NCBI GenBank assembly: GCA_965222345.1
Contig: CBDCTS010000004.1
Coordinates: 641,625 to 705,624, forward strand
DNA from: Terriglobia bacterium
GTDB taxonomy: Bacteria; Acidobacteriota; Terriglobia; 2-12-FULL-54-10
Direction: 5' to 3'
Length of the DNA stretch: 64,000 nucleotides
Each line of letters begins with the position of its first letter. Position 1 is the stretch's first letter. Shown piece by piece: positions 17,255 through 31,992 of this stretch. The notes below the pieces were generated by a model that saw only the letters and a list, made by a program, of their open reading frames with translations, was not told where the DNA came from and did no database searches. The position numbers were made by a program, and so were the translations under genes.

Positions 17255-18001
17255 TCAGATGCTAAGACTTGCCCGGTGCACTTCCAGGCGCATTTCAGTC
17301 TCACGATCTACCCTACGCAGGCACATTTCGGGATGGAGATGTAGAGCGGCGCGGTCAGTCTCGGCAATGAGTGGGGAGAACATGATGTGACCCCCGCTGT
17401 CAAAAGAGATCAGATGCGCGTCGAATGCAGCATCGAGATGCACGGCCAGCAACAGGCCGTTGTGCACGTCCAGCCGCTCGGCATCACTCTTGCATTCTGC
17501 CCATGGGATGATGTGGCTGGCGCGGAGAAGTCGCGGGTGGCTGACCCCTGTTACCGCGCAAGCACGGTCCCAAAACAGCATCAGCGCCTCGCGGAACACA
17601 TCCTGGCCGATACGTTCCTTGCGGAGCCGTTCTACCTCGGTGACTGCTGGAGGTTCGGTCAGACGCAGTCGGTATTGGCGAAGGGGTTCATCCGGTAGGC
17701 TGCGGGCAAGTCGCCAGATCGCGCCAGCAACGACGTTCAGCACACCGCTATCAGACACCTGCACTGCCAGAAAGCCGGGGGGCGCGTCGGGCAGCCGCGG
17801 CAGATCGGACTCCAAATCACGCACAGCGCCAAGGTGATCGCTGCCGATCCCATAGCCGCTATCGGTCACCGTCAGACACAGGCGGGCAGGAGCGGCGTGG
17901 GCCTGCCAGATCAGCCATTTACCCAAGGTGACTTGATTGATGCTGAATCCGTTGTCTACGGCGGCTTTTTCAAGGATTGTGCGAACTGCCATCGACAGCA
18001 T
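17255..18001 (-). CDS. HNH endonuclease (HNH_2-type, restriction-endonuclease-like)
   Basis: SHIIPWAE..DVHNGLLL..HLDAAFD motif set; 3 bp downstream of the preceding gene. Confidence 0.75.
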   Translation of the reverse strand: MLSMAVRTILEKAAVDNGFSINQVTLGKWLIWQAHAAPARLCLTVTDSGYGIGSDHLGAVRDLESDLPRLPDAPPGFLAVQVSDSGVLNVVAGAIWRLARSLPDEPLRQYRLRLTEPPAVTEVERLRKERIGQDVFREALMLFWDRACAVTGVSHPRLLRASHIIPWAECKSDAERLDVHNGLLLAVHLDAAFDAHLISFDSGGHIMFSPLIAETDRAALHLHPEMCLRRVDRETEMRLEVHRASLSI

Positions 18002-18003
18002 AG

Positions 18004-19275
18004 TTAATCCTCCAGAAATGAGTCTTTGGCCGCAGCAGCATCTCCGGATTGGAAGAGTCTCTTGACTGTCGCTGGATCGACTCCTGCACTTTCCATGAGC
18101 CTTCGAAGACTGGCCATCAATTCATTATTTTTCAGGTCCTCAATCGAAATGTCTTTGTAGACAACCTTGGCCTCAGTTGTGCCGAGAGTCACAGCCTTGT
18201 CGAACATACCGTCGGCGGCGCTTTCTATGTCTTTGCGACAGGATTTCTCGTCTGCTTTCCCGCGTCGCTTCAAATGGTCGGGTTGCGATATCTGCCACAG
18301 CTCCAGGAATTCTCCAACAAGCCGCTCGCGAAAGGTCTCCCTGCTGTTCTCAAACTTCATCTTCAGCGCTTTGTGGTATTCCGTGATGATTGCAACCAGA
18401 CGGTTCAGCTCGTTGGTCAATTGCTCCTTATCTTTTCGCAGGATGACCTTTCCGCGCCCCTTCCAGTCGTGAAAGAACGCGCGCTCGATACCGTCGCGCT
18501 CGCGCTTGATAGCGGCCTCGTTCACCTTGCACGTTTCATCACCACGATAGGATTTGATCGAGATGTCGAGTTCTGTCTTCAAGTCGATGGGGATTTTGAG
18601 ACTGGAGTCGATGTCACGTCGAAAAACCTCGTCCTCGAACTTCTGGAAACTTGGCGGCAGCTTGATCTTGCGGGAGCTGAAGGTAGCATTCGGCACACGG
18701 AGCTCAATGAACTGAACCTCGGTCATAAAAACGGTCAGCTTCCGCGTCAGATCGAAGGGATGTGGCGGACTAGCCTTCAGGTCTGCTTCCATTTGTGTAA
18801 CGCGTTCGGGCTCCATGCCTGTCACGCCAACTTCAATCTCGCCCTCGGTCGCGCCCGTTGCCTCGGCCAGCTTCTCGGTGACTCTGCCATCCAGCATGAT
18901 CGCGTTTGGTTTTTCCTCGGTGGTCGAACCTGCCTCGACATTGCGCGAGACAGGGGCGTAAACCATCGTACGGTCGTCCGAGATCACCACGCCGATGCGA
19001 ACACCGGGTTGTTCGCGCAGGTCGAACATTTGGTTTTGGCTCGCCTCACGGATGATCTCCAGCGCCTCTGGGTCTCCATAGCCCATGCGGTAGACCTCGG
19101 CATCGGCGTCGAGAATGACAGTCAACGACAGAGTTGGCATTTCATTCATGCGGGCGGCGAGCGCTTTGGCTACCGGGGTTGTTAGACCGGGGGCGATGAC
19201 GGCGATCCGGTCTTTCGCCCCTTCAATCAGGGCGATCAGGCTGTCGTCGGTGGCGGTGGTAAAGGTGCGGCTCAT
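18004..19275 (-). CDS. Uncharacterised 423-aa protein co-transcribed with the methyltransferase and HNH genes
   Basis: No recognisable catalytic motif and no HxK PLD motif. Lower GC than surrounding sequence, judged by eye. Confidence 0.55.
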   Translation of the reverse strand: MSRTFTTATDDSLIALIEGAKDRIAVIAPGLTTPVAKALAARMNEMPTLSLTVILDADAEVYRMGYGDPEALEIIREASQNQMFDLREQPGVRIGVVISDDRTMVYAPVSRNVEAGSTTEEKPNAIMLDGRVTEKLAEATGATEGEIEVGVTGMEPERVTQMEADLKASPPHPFDLTRKLTVFMTEVQFIELRVPNATFSSRKIKLPPSFQKFEDEVFRRDIDSSLKIPIDLKTELDISIKSYRGDETCKVNEAAIKRERDGIERAFFHDWKGRGKVILRKDKEQLTNELNRLVAIITEYHKALKMKFENSRETFRERLVGEFLELWQISQPDHLKRRGKADEKSCRKDIESAADGMFDKAVTLGTTEAKVVYKDISIEDLKNNELMASLRRLMESAGVDPATVKRLFQSGDAAAAKDSFLED

Positions 19276-19440
19276 CTCAAGCCCCCGTCAGCCGGTCGAA
19301 GGCGGCCAGAACAAGGCGTCGAGTGCGGTATTCGCCGTAGCGCTCGATCTCATTGCGTTTGAGGCCGCGGAAGGTTTCCGAGGGGTAACTATCCCCGTGA
19401 GTATCGGCGGGGTCGAGGATATAGCGCAACTCGTCGCGGC

Positions 19441-23655
<4,215 letters not shown>

Positions 23656-23666
23656 GTAGAATTTCC

Positions 23667-26459
23667 TTAGAGCGCGGGCATCAATACATAGAAACCAATG
23701 ACATCGACAGGCGTAATCGCGTCGACGCGGACTTGAGCCCGCGATCCCAGCGCCTGACGGACACGGGTGTGATCTTCAGCCAGTTTTTCCGCGCGCTCTT
23801 CGGCGTAGGAATTCAGCTTTGCCTCCAGCAACGGCAGCGCCGCGAGCCCGCGTTCTATCTCTGATTGCCGGAATGCCTCAGGCAGGTTGCCGCTGTCGTG
23901 CTCAAGTAGGCCGAATGCATTGTCACCGGCCATCGAGCGTGCTTGGCCCGAAGCAGAGAAGGCGATTGCCGCTGCCTCTTCCGCCATGCTGAACCTGGGT
24001 CCGAGCTTGCTCCGCGCATTGAGCTTGTGGCGGATGCGAAGGATCGCAAGCCACGTTACCTCGTCAACGCCAGCGCACTCCCAGGCACCCGTTCGGGGCA
24101 GAGCGGCAAGGTCATCTTTGGGTGCGAACGTGTCCAGCGCCTGCTCGAGAAAAGTCTCGGCCAGCACGCCGGGCAAAGGGTGGGCGCGGTGTATGGAAAT
24201 GCAGCCTGCAGGTGGCCGCGTAGAAAACCCGATCCTGATTGGCTTATCGCTCGCGTCCTCGATGAGGCTTTCGGCGACGAACCGTTCACGGAACGTCTCG
24301 GGCGTCAAGTGAACAGGCGCCCGGTATGCACCTGATGGAAGCGGGGTGAGCGCCGCGTTCAGCCGCTTCATCGCATGGATCACAAATCGTTCGGTGTCTT
24401 CATATCCACCGAGGGCAGACTGTGTCGCATCCCACTCCACCGCAACCTCTTCGGGCTTCAGAGCGTTTTGCGCAAAGATGGTGCGTGATTTCTTCTCGTT
24501 TTCGGAAGCATTCAGCCATGCCAGTTCGATTTGGTTAACCTCTTCGGAACCGCCTGAATCGAGGTCGAGGGTCATCTGCCGGGTTTCCTGCGCCCGCAGC
24601 AGCACCGCCGACATCAGGGCCTTTGTCAGGCTGCCATTGTCATCAGGTATCGGGACGCGAACCCCGGTTCGTTTTTCGATGGCGCGCGCCTTGCGAAGGA
24701 TCACGTTGAGAACGGCCCCGTCGACAGGATTGTTCTCCCCATAGATGAGCACGCTGCGCACGGTGGTGCTTTTCTGGCCGAACCGGTCTATGCGGCCCTC
24801 GCGCTGCTGGTGGCGCGTGGGGTTCCAGGACAGATCATAATGGATGACGGCATCGAACCAGCCCTGCAGGTTGATACCCTCCGAAAGGCAATCGGTGGCG
24901 ACCAGGATCCGGTTCTCGTGACCGCCGAGCTCTTCGACACGGACTTCGCGCTCGTCGGATGGCAGCATCCCGGTAACCACTTCGATCGTGTGGCTCCTGA
25001 AGGCCTTCATGAGAGCCGTAGCGACCTGTTCGGCCGTCGCGATGTACCGGCAGAAGACGACGGGTGAGAAGCCCTCACGGGTCAGCTCCTTGAGGGTTTT
25101 GACAAGAGCACGATACTTAGGGTCTTCGCCTATTTTTCCCGAGAGCGCTTCGGCCTGGCCGATCAGTGCGGCAAGGCGGGGATCGTCAATACCGGCGCCC
25201 GGTTCGAGATCGTCTTCCAGAAGTTCCTCGTCATCCAGGGTCTGCGCCGCGATGTGGGTTTCCGATATTTCCAAAGGATCAAGCTGCGCCCGGGTCTTCA
25301 AGGCTCTCGCACCTGCCGCGGGGCTCGAACCCACGCAGCGCATCAATGCTAGCGTGCCCCAGAATGCAAGGCGTTGCCGGGCATCGCCCTCGGCCGACGA
25401 GACGACCTCGGCGCAATAATCGAGAACCTGAATGTAGAAGTCTTCATAATCGCCCGTAAGTCGGTATTTGAGCTCAGTGGTTTCGTGCTGCGGGAATAGT
25501 CCGGGCTCATGCCATGCATCGATGTCGCGGCGTCTTCTCTGAATGAAGTGTGCGGCGAGTTTCTCGCGCAGGCTGCGTTGCGCTTCACCAGCGAGGTCCG
25601 GCAGGTTTGCAAACTCCTTGTCGATCAAACCAAGGAGATTGTGGAAAGCGGCCTCATTGCCGGAATGCGGGGTCGCAGTCAGCAGGATCAGGTGACGTTC
25701 GCGGTCGTCGGCCAGAGAGCGAACTAATTCGTATCGACGCTGCCGGCCACGGCCGCCGCTCACGGCGGAATGCGCTTCATCGACAACGACCATCTCGGGA
25801 CAGGCGCGCTTGAAGTCGAAAAAGCGCCTCTCGCTCTTGATGAAGTCGAGGCTCACGACCGTATAGGGGTAAGCTTCGAAAATGCTCGTCGTGTTGGGCA
25901 GATCCCTCTCAAGTCTCGCCGCCGCCGCCGTCAACGCTGTTGCCGGAATGGAGAATTTCGTCTCCAACTCCTGGGTCCATTGATCGACGAGGTGCGGCGG
26001 GCACAGAACCGTGAACCGGTCGATCTCGCCACGGTCCAGCATTTCGCGGAGGATCAACCCGGTCTCAATTGTCTTGCCGACGCCTACGTCATCGGCATTG
26101 AGGAGCCTGACCGTATCCTGGCGCAGCGCCAGCATGAGCGGTGCGAGCTGATAGGCTCGGGGTTCGAAGTTTATGCGGCCAGCGCTTCGGAACGGCCCTG
26201 CACCTCGACGCAAGGAGAGGCGAAGCGCATCCCTCAAGAGATGGGCCGCCTCTCGTCCACCCGACCGGGCTGCATCGGGGGCATCGAAGGTTGTGTAAAC
26301 GACCGGCTCAACCTCAAGGTCAGGCAGGATTGTCTCGATTTCTGCTTCAGAGCCTGTAAGGGGACGGAGCGAGAGCGCCGCATGAGCCTCGACAACAACC
26401 CATTCCCGTCCTCGAGCCCTGACAAGTTCACCTGGTGAAAACTGCTCGGCAACGCCCAT
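23667..26459 (-). CDS. SNF2-family helicase (DrmD-like)
   Basis: LNADDVGVGKT (motif I), VVVDEAH, LLTATPHSGN and QREGRIDRFGQ (motif VI). Confidence 0.9.
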   Translation of the reverse strand: MGVAEQFSPGELVRARGREWVVVEAHAALSLRPLTGSEAEIETILPDLEVEPVVYTTFDAPDAARSGGREAAHLLRDALRLSLRRGAGPFRSAGRINFEPRAYQLAPLMLALRQDTVRLLNADDVGVGKTIETGLILREMLDRGEIDRFTVLCPPHLVDQWTQELETKFSIPATALTAAAARLERDLPNTTSIFEAYPYTVVSLDFIKSERRFFDFKRACPEMVVVDEAHSAVSGGRGRQRRYELVRSLADDRERHLILLTATPHSGNEAAFHNLLGLIDKEFANLPDLAGEAQRSLREKLAAHFIQRRRRDIDAWHEPGLFPQHETTELKYRLTGDYEDFYIQVLDYCAEVVSSAEGDARQRLAFWGTLALMRCVGSSPAAGARALKTRAQLDPLEISETHIAAQTLDDEELLEDDLEPGAGIDDPRLAALIGQAEALSGKIGEDPKYRALVKTLKELTREGFSPVVFCRYIATAEQVATALMKAFRSHTIEVVTGMLPSDEREVRVEELGGHENRILVATDCLSEGINLQGWFDAVIHYDLSWNPTRHQQREGRIDRFGQKSTTVRSVLIYGENNPVDGAVLNVILRKARAIEKRTGVRVPIPDDNGSLTKALMSAVLLRAQETRQMTLDLDSGGSEEVNQIELAWLNASENEKKSRTIFAQNALKPEEVAVEWDATQSALGGYEDTERFVIHAMKRLNAALTPLPSGAYRAPVHLTPETFRERFVAESLIEDASDKPIRIGFSTRPPAGCISIHRAHPLPGVLAETFLEQALDTFAPKDDLAALPRTGAWECAGVDEVTWLAILRIRHKLNARSKLGPRFSMAEEAAAIAFSASGQARSMAGDNAFGLLEHDSGNLPEAFRQSEIERGLAALPLLEAKLNSYAEERAEKLAEDHTRVRQALGSRAQVRVDAITPVDVIGFYVLMPAL

Positions 26460-26463
26460 CGCC

Positions 26464-29400
26464 CTATCCCTTCAACACTTCATGGAGTTCTTCGTCGAAT
26501 GCAGCGCGGCGGCCGGGATCGGCTGGACGCTCCATTACCCTGACGCCCTTTGAAACCAGCTTCTCAAGGATGCCCTCATTGCCTTCACCCTCTTCCACAA
26601 CAACGAGCCGTGCACTGCGCCAGATATTCCGGAAGACCATGCCCTCGATCACCAGCGGTTTTTCATCCGGGGCCGGCGTATGGTCCGATGTCCCGCTTTT
26701 CTGTGCTTGATCAGCATCAGAGTGATCCGCATGCGCAAGCCGCAGCAGGAACGAAAGAGCGGCAGGGTCGCGCCGATCGATCAGCTCGTGATCGGGCTGA
26801 TTGAAATAAGAGAGTACGCAGCGGTAGCATCCGGCGACACACGCCGGCTCTCCTGTTTCGGACAGACGCTCCGGATTGCCTTTCGCTTCGCCAAAGCTGG
26901 CCGAATCGTAGTGCATGATCTCGAGTGCGCATTGGGCGACCTGCATCAAACCGTCATTCCAACTGACAAGTTGCGCTAATGCGCCCGCGCCGCCCTCTGC
27001 GGACTCATAAAACAGAAGTGCGTTTCTTTCGTCGGAGCTGGGTGCCGGCTCGACGAGGATTTCCCCTTCTTCCAATTGGAAAACAGATTCAATACCGCGT
27101 ACCAGTGCATGCTGAATTGTGGCGAGCGAGCGGCGTCTTTCCGATCCGAGTTCGGCAAGCCAAAGCTGGGGGAAACGAAGAAGCAGCGCATTCTTGCGGT
27201 CTTCAACCAGTGGAACGATAAGCTGCTGTAGCGTGTCGGGCCGGTTCTCGTCCTCGACGTTTTCTTTCTTCTCACCAACCCACACGCCGGATTTAGGATT
27301 GATGAAGAAGCCGACCTTCTCTTTGTCCTTGCGGCGGCGCAGTCCCTTGTTGATCCGGCTTATCTGCGCAGCCTGTGCGAAATCCAGCGTTACGATTGCA
27401 CCTGCAGGATCACGAATGACCTGTTGAGACGTGAAACTGGCGCTCTCGAACGAAAAGGTTGTCTGAAGTTCGAAACCTTGACGCTTCCGGTCCTCATTAT
27501 TCGATGTGATCCGCTCAACTGGCCGTGTGCCGACATTCTCGATCCGGTAGAGGTTGTGAACTAGGATCGCTCCATCCAGCTTCAAGCCGCAGACATGGCA
27601 CTTCTCGGGGTGTTCTCCGGGGTGTCCCGCGCCGCAGGTTTTGCAAATTGCGCGGCTTTGCGTTGTCAGCATGCCATCGGGGCGGTCGCCGGCTTCTTTC
27701 AGAAGCGCTCGGTCCACGCGGAACGCGCGGCCTTCATGGTAGACGAGGCTCTGCGGGCCAAACTCGGAAATCGCGAGAAACCTGGCGCGCTGGATATAGC
27801 GCTGGTTCTTGCCGTCAGAACCGCCCTGGACGTAGGCCATGAGTGGCAGGCGGGGGAAATTATACCCGGGAAGGAAGCCCTCCGTCGCGAGATACCGGTA
27901 CAGATAGAAGTCGTTATTCTGGGTTGATGTAGACTGCAGCAGTGTTTTCCGCTGCCAGTTTCCCATGGCGAGGCGGCTTTCGGACGCTTTCCGCTCCCGC
28001 GGAGAAATCGAGTAATCGTTGAGCGTCCGCGTCGCCAGTTCCACCGTCCGTTCGGCAGCGGCAAGCAGGTCGCGCCAACGATCAAATGCCCGACCGAAGT
28101 CGGCAGGCGCACGCTCGATCAAGGTGCGGACGAATGCCTCGCGGCCGGAGTACCAATGTGGAGAATCTCCGGCATAGTCCTCCTCGAGTGATGCGAGGAC
28201 CGTTTCGATGCGCGCGGCCGCCCGGTTCGAAGCTTCTGTGGAATTGATGACCTCGGAAATGTGGGAATGGAGCGGGCGCCCCGCATCTGACATGTCGAGG
28301 TTCTCGGGGATTCGAGGCAGCATCTCGGCCCCGCTCGCAGCAAGCCACTCCGCATGAAGGTGGCTCTCGACCAGATCCCGGTTGCCCAGATCGATTGAAG
28401 GCGGAACGACAACGCCATCGACCAGATCCTGCTTGCGGTCGAAGAAATATTGATCGTGCGGGCTCTGGGCGGCGCAGTAGGTCATGATCAGGGCGGCTTG
28501 GCCGCTGCGCCCAGCGCGCCCGCTGCGTTGGGCATAGTTCGCTGCCGTTGGTGGAGCGTTCCGGAGATAGACGACGTTCATCGAGGATATGTCGACGCCT
28601 AGCTCCATGGTTGGTGAGCAAAACAGTGTGGGCAGGAAGCGCCCGCTTTCGCGGTGTTCCTTGAGTTGATCCTTCTTTTCGTCAAGCTTTTCCTGATCAT
28701 CCTCTCCGTACCGAAAGCGAAACTCGCGCAGCTCGCGAAGTTCGCTCTCTACCTGCGCCGTATGCTCGCGCCCCTCGATCCCGAAGAGAGGGGCCGCATC
28801 AACTTCAAGGGCTTCAAATACGGATTTGTAGAGATTGGCAAAGAAACGGTTCGTCACTTCCGGATCCTGTGGGTCGGTCTGCAGATGGTAGTGGATGGTC
28901 TTGGCAATGAGCCGCCAACCGATACCACCTACTGGCGCCGAAACTTCTTCGACAATGCCGTAATTCTTTGCCGCCTGCAGCAAAGTCTCCAGGACCTCGG
29001 GAACGTCACTGGCACTCAGTTTCCTGGTGCCGAATCGGATTGCGCGGATTTTTCTTGCGAGAGCGCTTGTGGGCGTGCCGCGCAGGAGGCGCTCCTCGTC
29101 CCGTGGGCCGATCTTTGCACGTTTCGGCGGATCGAGCATCAATACTGACGCGCCTACCGTGGTTTCTTCCTCGAGCGACCAGGGTGCCTTGATCTGACCT
29201 CGCATCGTTTGAGTGATCGCGTCGAGCTTCTGTCGCCCGAGGACGGAGGTGTTTACCGCCAGGCCTTTTCTCATGTGGTCGAAAAGCTCCTGAAGCGCGG
29301 ATTGCCGTTCACCGGCGGACGCCGACTGCAGGATGGGTGATGCGGTGAACTCTTCATCATCTCGAGACAGATCGCCGATGTACTGGTATTCAGCGCGAAC

Positions 29401-31707
29401 GAGACCGAGCTGTTCGAGGTTCGGATTGGTGAACCGCCATCCCCGGCGCTGATCGATCCAGAAACGATGCTGGAGACCTTCGCGGAGTACAGCTTCCGCA
29501 TCCTCTCGCGCCTGTCCTTTCAGGCCGGGATTTTCCAGCCATTCTTCGGCGCGATGGGCAAATGCCCTGTCTGCAAGGAAGCCAAGGGCCGCCTGGATTC
29601 TCGCGCCGATTTCAGGTTCTGGAATTGAGCTGCCAGGTGCCGACTTGAGGGCGCACAGGATAGCTGCCCTCAGGAGAGTAACGAATATGAAATCGTTGAA
29701 ATATCCGGCTTGAAGGGCTGCATCCTGACGGTTGTCCGTGAAGGCCAGCAGCTTGCGCGTGTGTTCGGGCAGGTCCGATGCAGCGCTATTCATCCAGTGC
29801 AGGATGCTGGAAATCAGGATCGTTGTCGCCGAGCTTCGGCCTTCACCGCTCAGAGACGCAAGTTTGTTGATATCGCGGGCGGAAGTGTTGGAAACATCCA
29901 AGCAAGCCGGACAGAAACGGAATTTCCCCGGCATGAACCAGCATCGATTCCCCATCCCGCAATAGCCGCTTGGTGCGACTTCATGTAGACGGGCTCTGCG
30001 TTTGCGGTAGGTGGATTTCAGGCGTCTTTCGCCGCTCTTCGTATCCTCCAGCCATGCCTCCGGGTAATCATCGTTGTCTCCCTTGAAGGCGAACTCAGGG
30101 TCGGCGGGCTCGGGCATCAAAAATCCCCACTCGGCCCCTTCATCTTCCTCGTCTGCCTCGACGGGGATATCGTCAATCTCCCGTTTCTCGAAATACTCGC
30201 GCCCCTGATCGGTTCGCAAAGTAACAGGGTGAAATTCCTGACCGCAGTTCCGGCAGAAATGGACCGGATACAGACGCTCTTCTTTGTTTTGCGGGTTGAA
30301 TATCTGACCGGAGAACGTTGCATCGCGCTCGCCTTCCGGACGAAGAGTCGCATACAAGCGTCCCGCTCCGGCGATGAATTGATGGAGCTTGAAGGCGAAC
30401 AGCGGATCGCCGCTCCCATCGGTTACTCCGCGCTGGTTCTCCGGAGTACTGAATCCAATCAGGGAGTTCCGAAGAGCCGTCACGCAGTCATTTTCGGAAA
30501 ACCCGCAGTCGACAGCCAGCGCCTTAGCGGCCCACTGCAGCGAAACAGGTCTCGCCCGCTCAGGCTTGTGATCAACGTTCTTCAATCCGATCCGTGTCTC
30601 GATCCAGACGGCTAGATCGTCCTGTGCGAGATCGCCATTCGTGAGCCCCTGGCCAACATTGCCCTTCAGGGCGGCCTCGACCGCCGCCACAAGTCCAGGC
30701 AGTTTACGTTCGCCACTCCTGGACGTGTCAGTTACGCGGCAGAGCGTTTCCGTAACGACCGCATCCGCTCCGATTTTGGCGCTAAAGATTTTTGAAGCAA
30801 TTCGGGCCACAGCTGCATTTTTTTCTTCCGCAGCGCCTTCGCTAGCCATAGTCGCGGACGTGCCTACGCAAATCGGTGGATGCTTCTGATCGCCAATCCG
30901 CGCCTTGAGACGGCGCATCAGCATCGCCACATCTGCGCCCTGACGACCGCGGTAGGTGTGCAACTCATCCAGCACGACAAACTGTAAGCCGCGGCAATTA
31001 TCAATGACCTTCCGGTCCAGATCGTTCTGCCGCGTCATGAGCAACTCAAGCATCATGAAATTCGTGAGTAGGATGTCTGGCGGGTTGTCCTTAATACGCC
31101 CTCGTTCCTCGTTGCCTTCCTGACCGGTATATCGTGCGAAGGTTGGGGTATGCGGGTGTCCTGCGCCGAGATAGCACCTCAGCTCTTCTGCCTGGCTGTT
31201 TGCCAACGCGTTCATCGGGTAAATGATGATCGCGCGGGTTATCGGGGGTTGGCCCGCTTTCCGCGCCTTGATCGCGGCATCGATGATCGGGATGAAGAAA
31301 CACAGCGACTTCCCCGAGCCAGTTCCGGTCGTGACGACATAACTCTGATTGTTCAGGGCATAACCGACGGCCTGCTGCTGGTGCTTGCGAAGCTTGAGGG
31401 TTCGATCTTTTTCAGCTACGGAGGCGGAGAGGTCTCGAAACACGTCGGCACATTCCGGTTCCAGATCACCGGCATTGATGAAATCCTGGATCGATCTACC
31501 TGCAGCGTAGTGCGGGTTGAGTTGGATCAACGGATCGGGCCAGAAGCGCTTGGTAGCATACAGTTCATCAACCTTCGCTTTAAGTTTTTGCGAGCGGATA
31601 TTGGTAAATGAGCGGGCGAAAGCCTTGTAATGATTGATGACGGTTTCATCAAGATTGAATGCGTCCATTACAAACTCCCGTCCGGAGCGATCTGGGTTCT
31701 GCCGCAA
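26464..31707 (-). CDS. Giant DEAH-box helicase with a C-terminal DUF1998-type zinc-binding domain (DrmA-DrmB fusion-like, or DruE-like)
   Basis: VTTGTGSGKS, VLDELH, GTSAT and QRSGRAGRSGQ, plus an internal Zn-ribbon HFCRNCGQEFH/CPAC and a C-terminal ACVAGCYRCVLSYFNQPDHELIDRRDP (MrfA/DUF1998-like). The stop is 5 bp from the SNF2 start. Confidence 0.85.
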   Translation of the reverse strand: MRQNPDRSGREFVMDAFNLDETVINHYKAFARSFTNIRSQKLKAKVDELYATKRFWPDPLIQLNPHYAAGRSIQDFINAGDLEPECADVFRDLSASVAEKDRTLKLRKHQQQAVGYALNNQSYVVTTGTGSGKSLCFFIPIIDAAIKARKAGQPPITRAIIIYPMNALANSQAEELRCYLGAGHPHTPTFARYTGQEGNEERGRIKDNPPDILLTNFMMLELLMTRQNDLDRKVIDNCRGLQFVVLDELHTYRGRQGADVAMLMRRLKARIGDQKHPPICVGTSATMASEGAAEEKNAAVARIASKIFSAKIGADAVVTETLCRVTDTSRSGERKLPGLVAAVEAALKGNVGQGLTNGDLAQDDLAVWIETRIGLKNVDHKPERARPVSLQWAAKALAVDCGFSENDCVTALRNSLIGFSTPENQRGVTDGSGDPLFAFKLHQFIAGAGRLYATLRPEGERDATFSGQIFNPQNKEERLYPVHFCRNCGQEFHPVTLRTDQGREYFEKREIDDIPVEADEEDEGAEWGFLMPEPADPEFAFKGDNDDYPEAWLEDTKSGERRLKSTYRKRRARLHEVAPSGYCGMGNRCWFMPGKFRFCPACLDVSNTSARDINKLASLSGEGRSSATTILISSILHWMNSAASDLPEHTRKLLAFTDNRQDAALQAGYFNDFIFVTLLRAAILCALKSAPGSSIPEPEIGARIQAALGFLADRAFAHRAEEWLENPGLKGQAREDAEAVLREGLQHRFWIDQRRGWRFTNPNLEQLGLVRAEYQYIGDLSRDDEEFTASPILQSASAGERQSALQELFDHMRKGLAVNTSVLGRQKLDAITQTMRGQIKAPWSLEEETTVGASVLMLDPPKRAKIGPRDEERLLRGTPTSALARKIRAIRFGTRKLSASDVPEVLETLLQAAKNYGIVEEVSAPVGGIGWRLIAKTIHYHLQTDPQDPEVTNRFFANLYKSVFEALEVDAAPLFGIEGREHTAQVESELRELREFRFRYGEDDQEKLDEKKDQLKEHRESGRFLPTLFCSPTMELGVDISSMNVVYLRNAPPTAANYAQRSGRAGRSGQAALIMTYCAAQSPHDQYFFDRKQDLVDGVVVPPSIDLGNRDLVESHLHAEWLAASGAEMLPRIPENLDMSDAGRPLHSHISEVINSTEASNRAAARIETVLASLEEDYAGDSPHWYSGREAFVRTLIERAPADFGRAFDRWRDLLAAAERTVELATRTLNDYSISPRERKASESRLAMGNWQRKTLLQSTSTQNNDFYLYRYLATEGFLPGYNFPRLPLMAYVQGGSDGKNQRYIQRARFLAISEFGPQSLVYHEGRAFRVDRALLKEAGDRPDGMLTTQSRAICKTCGAGHPGEHPEKCHVCGLKLDGAILVHNLYRIENVGTRPVERITSNNEDRKRQGFELQTTFSFESASFTSQQVIRDPAGAIVTLDFAQAAQISRINKGLRRRKDKEKVGFFINPKSGVWVGEKKENVEDENRPDTLQQLIVPLVEDRKNALLLRFPQLWLAELGSERRRSLATIQHALVRGIESVFQLEEGEILVEPAPSSDERNALLFYESAEGGAGALAQLVSWNDGLMQVAQCALEIMHYDSASFGEAKGNPERLSETGEPACVAGCYRCVLSYFNQPDHELIDRRDPAALSFLLRLAHADHSDADQAQKSGTSDHTPAPDEKPLVIEGMVFRNIWRSARLVVVEEGEGNEGILEKLVSKGVRVMERPADPGRRAAFDEELHEVLKG

Positions 31708-31992
31708 ATTCTGCGACGAGCAAACTAACTGGATGTGTCAGCCACAGCTATTCTGTTACCGGCCAGAGCATAAAATTGCTTCCACGCTGGCAAGGGCGCT
31801 ATTTTTACGACAGAACCGCCTGAAGCCCGGTGTGACCGACAAATTCAACCAAGCCGAAACAACTTGACGGTACCTCTCAAACACCTGCGCAGGGACCTCG
31901 TCGGAGGCATGCGTGCCGGAATGTTTCAGTGAAACCATGCGCCGCTCTCTGTGATGCGAGGCCTAGCAATTAGGCCGATCTGGCTGTGCCTT

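Noticed and set aside
18004-19275. 423-aa protein as the DISARM PLD nuclease DrmC
   Set aside because: No HxK(x)4D PLD motif was found (only YHKAL, which is HK not HxK). Left as uncharacterised.
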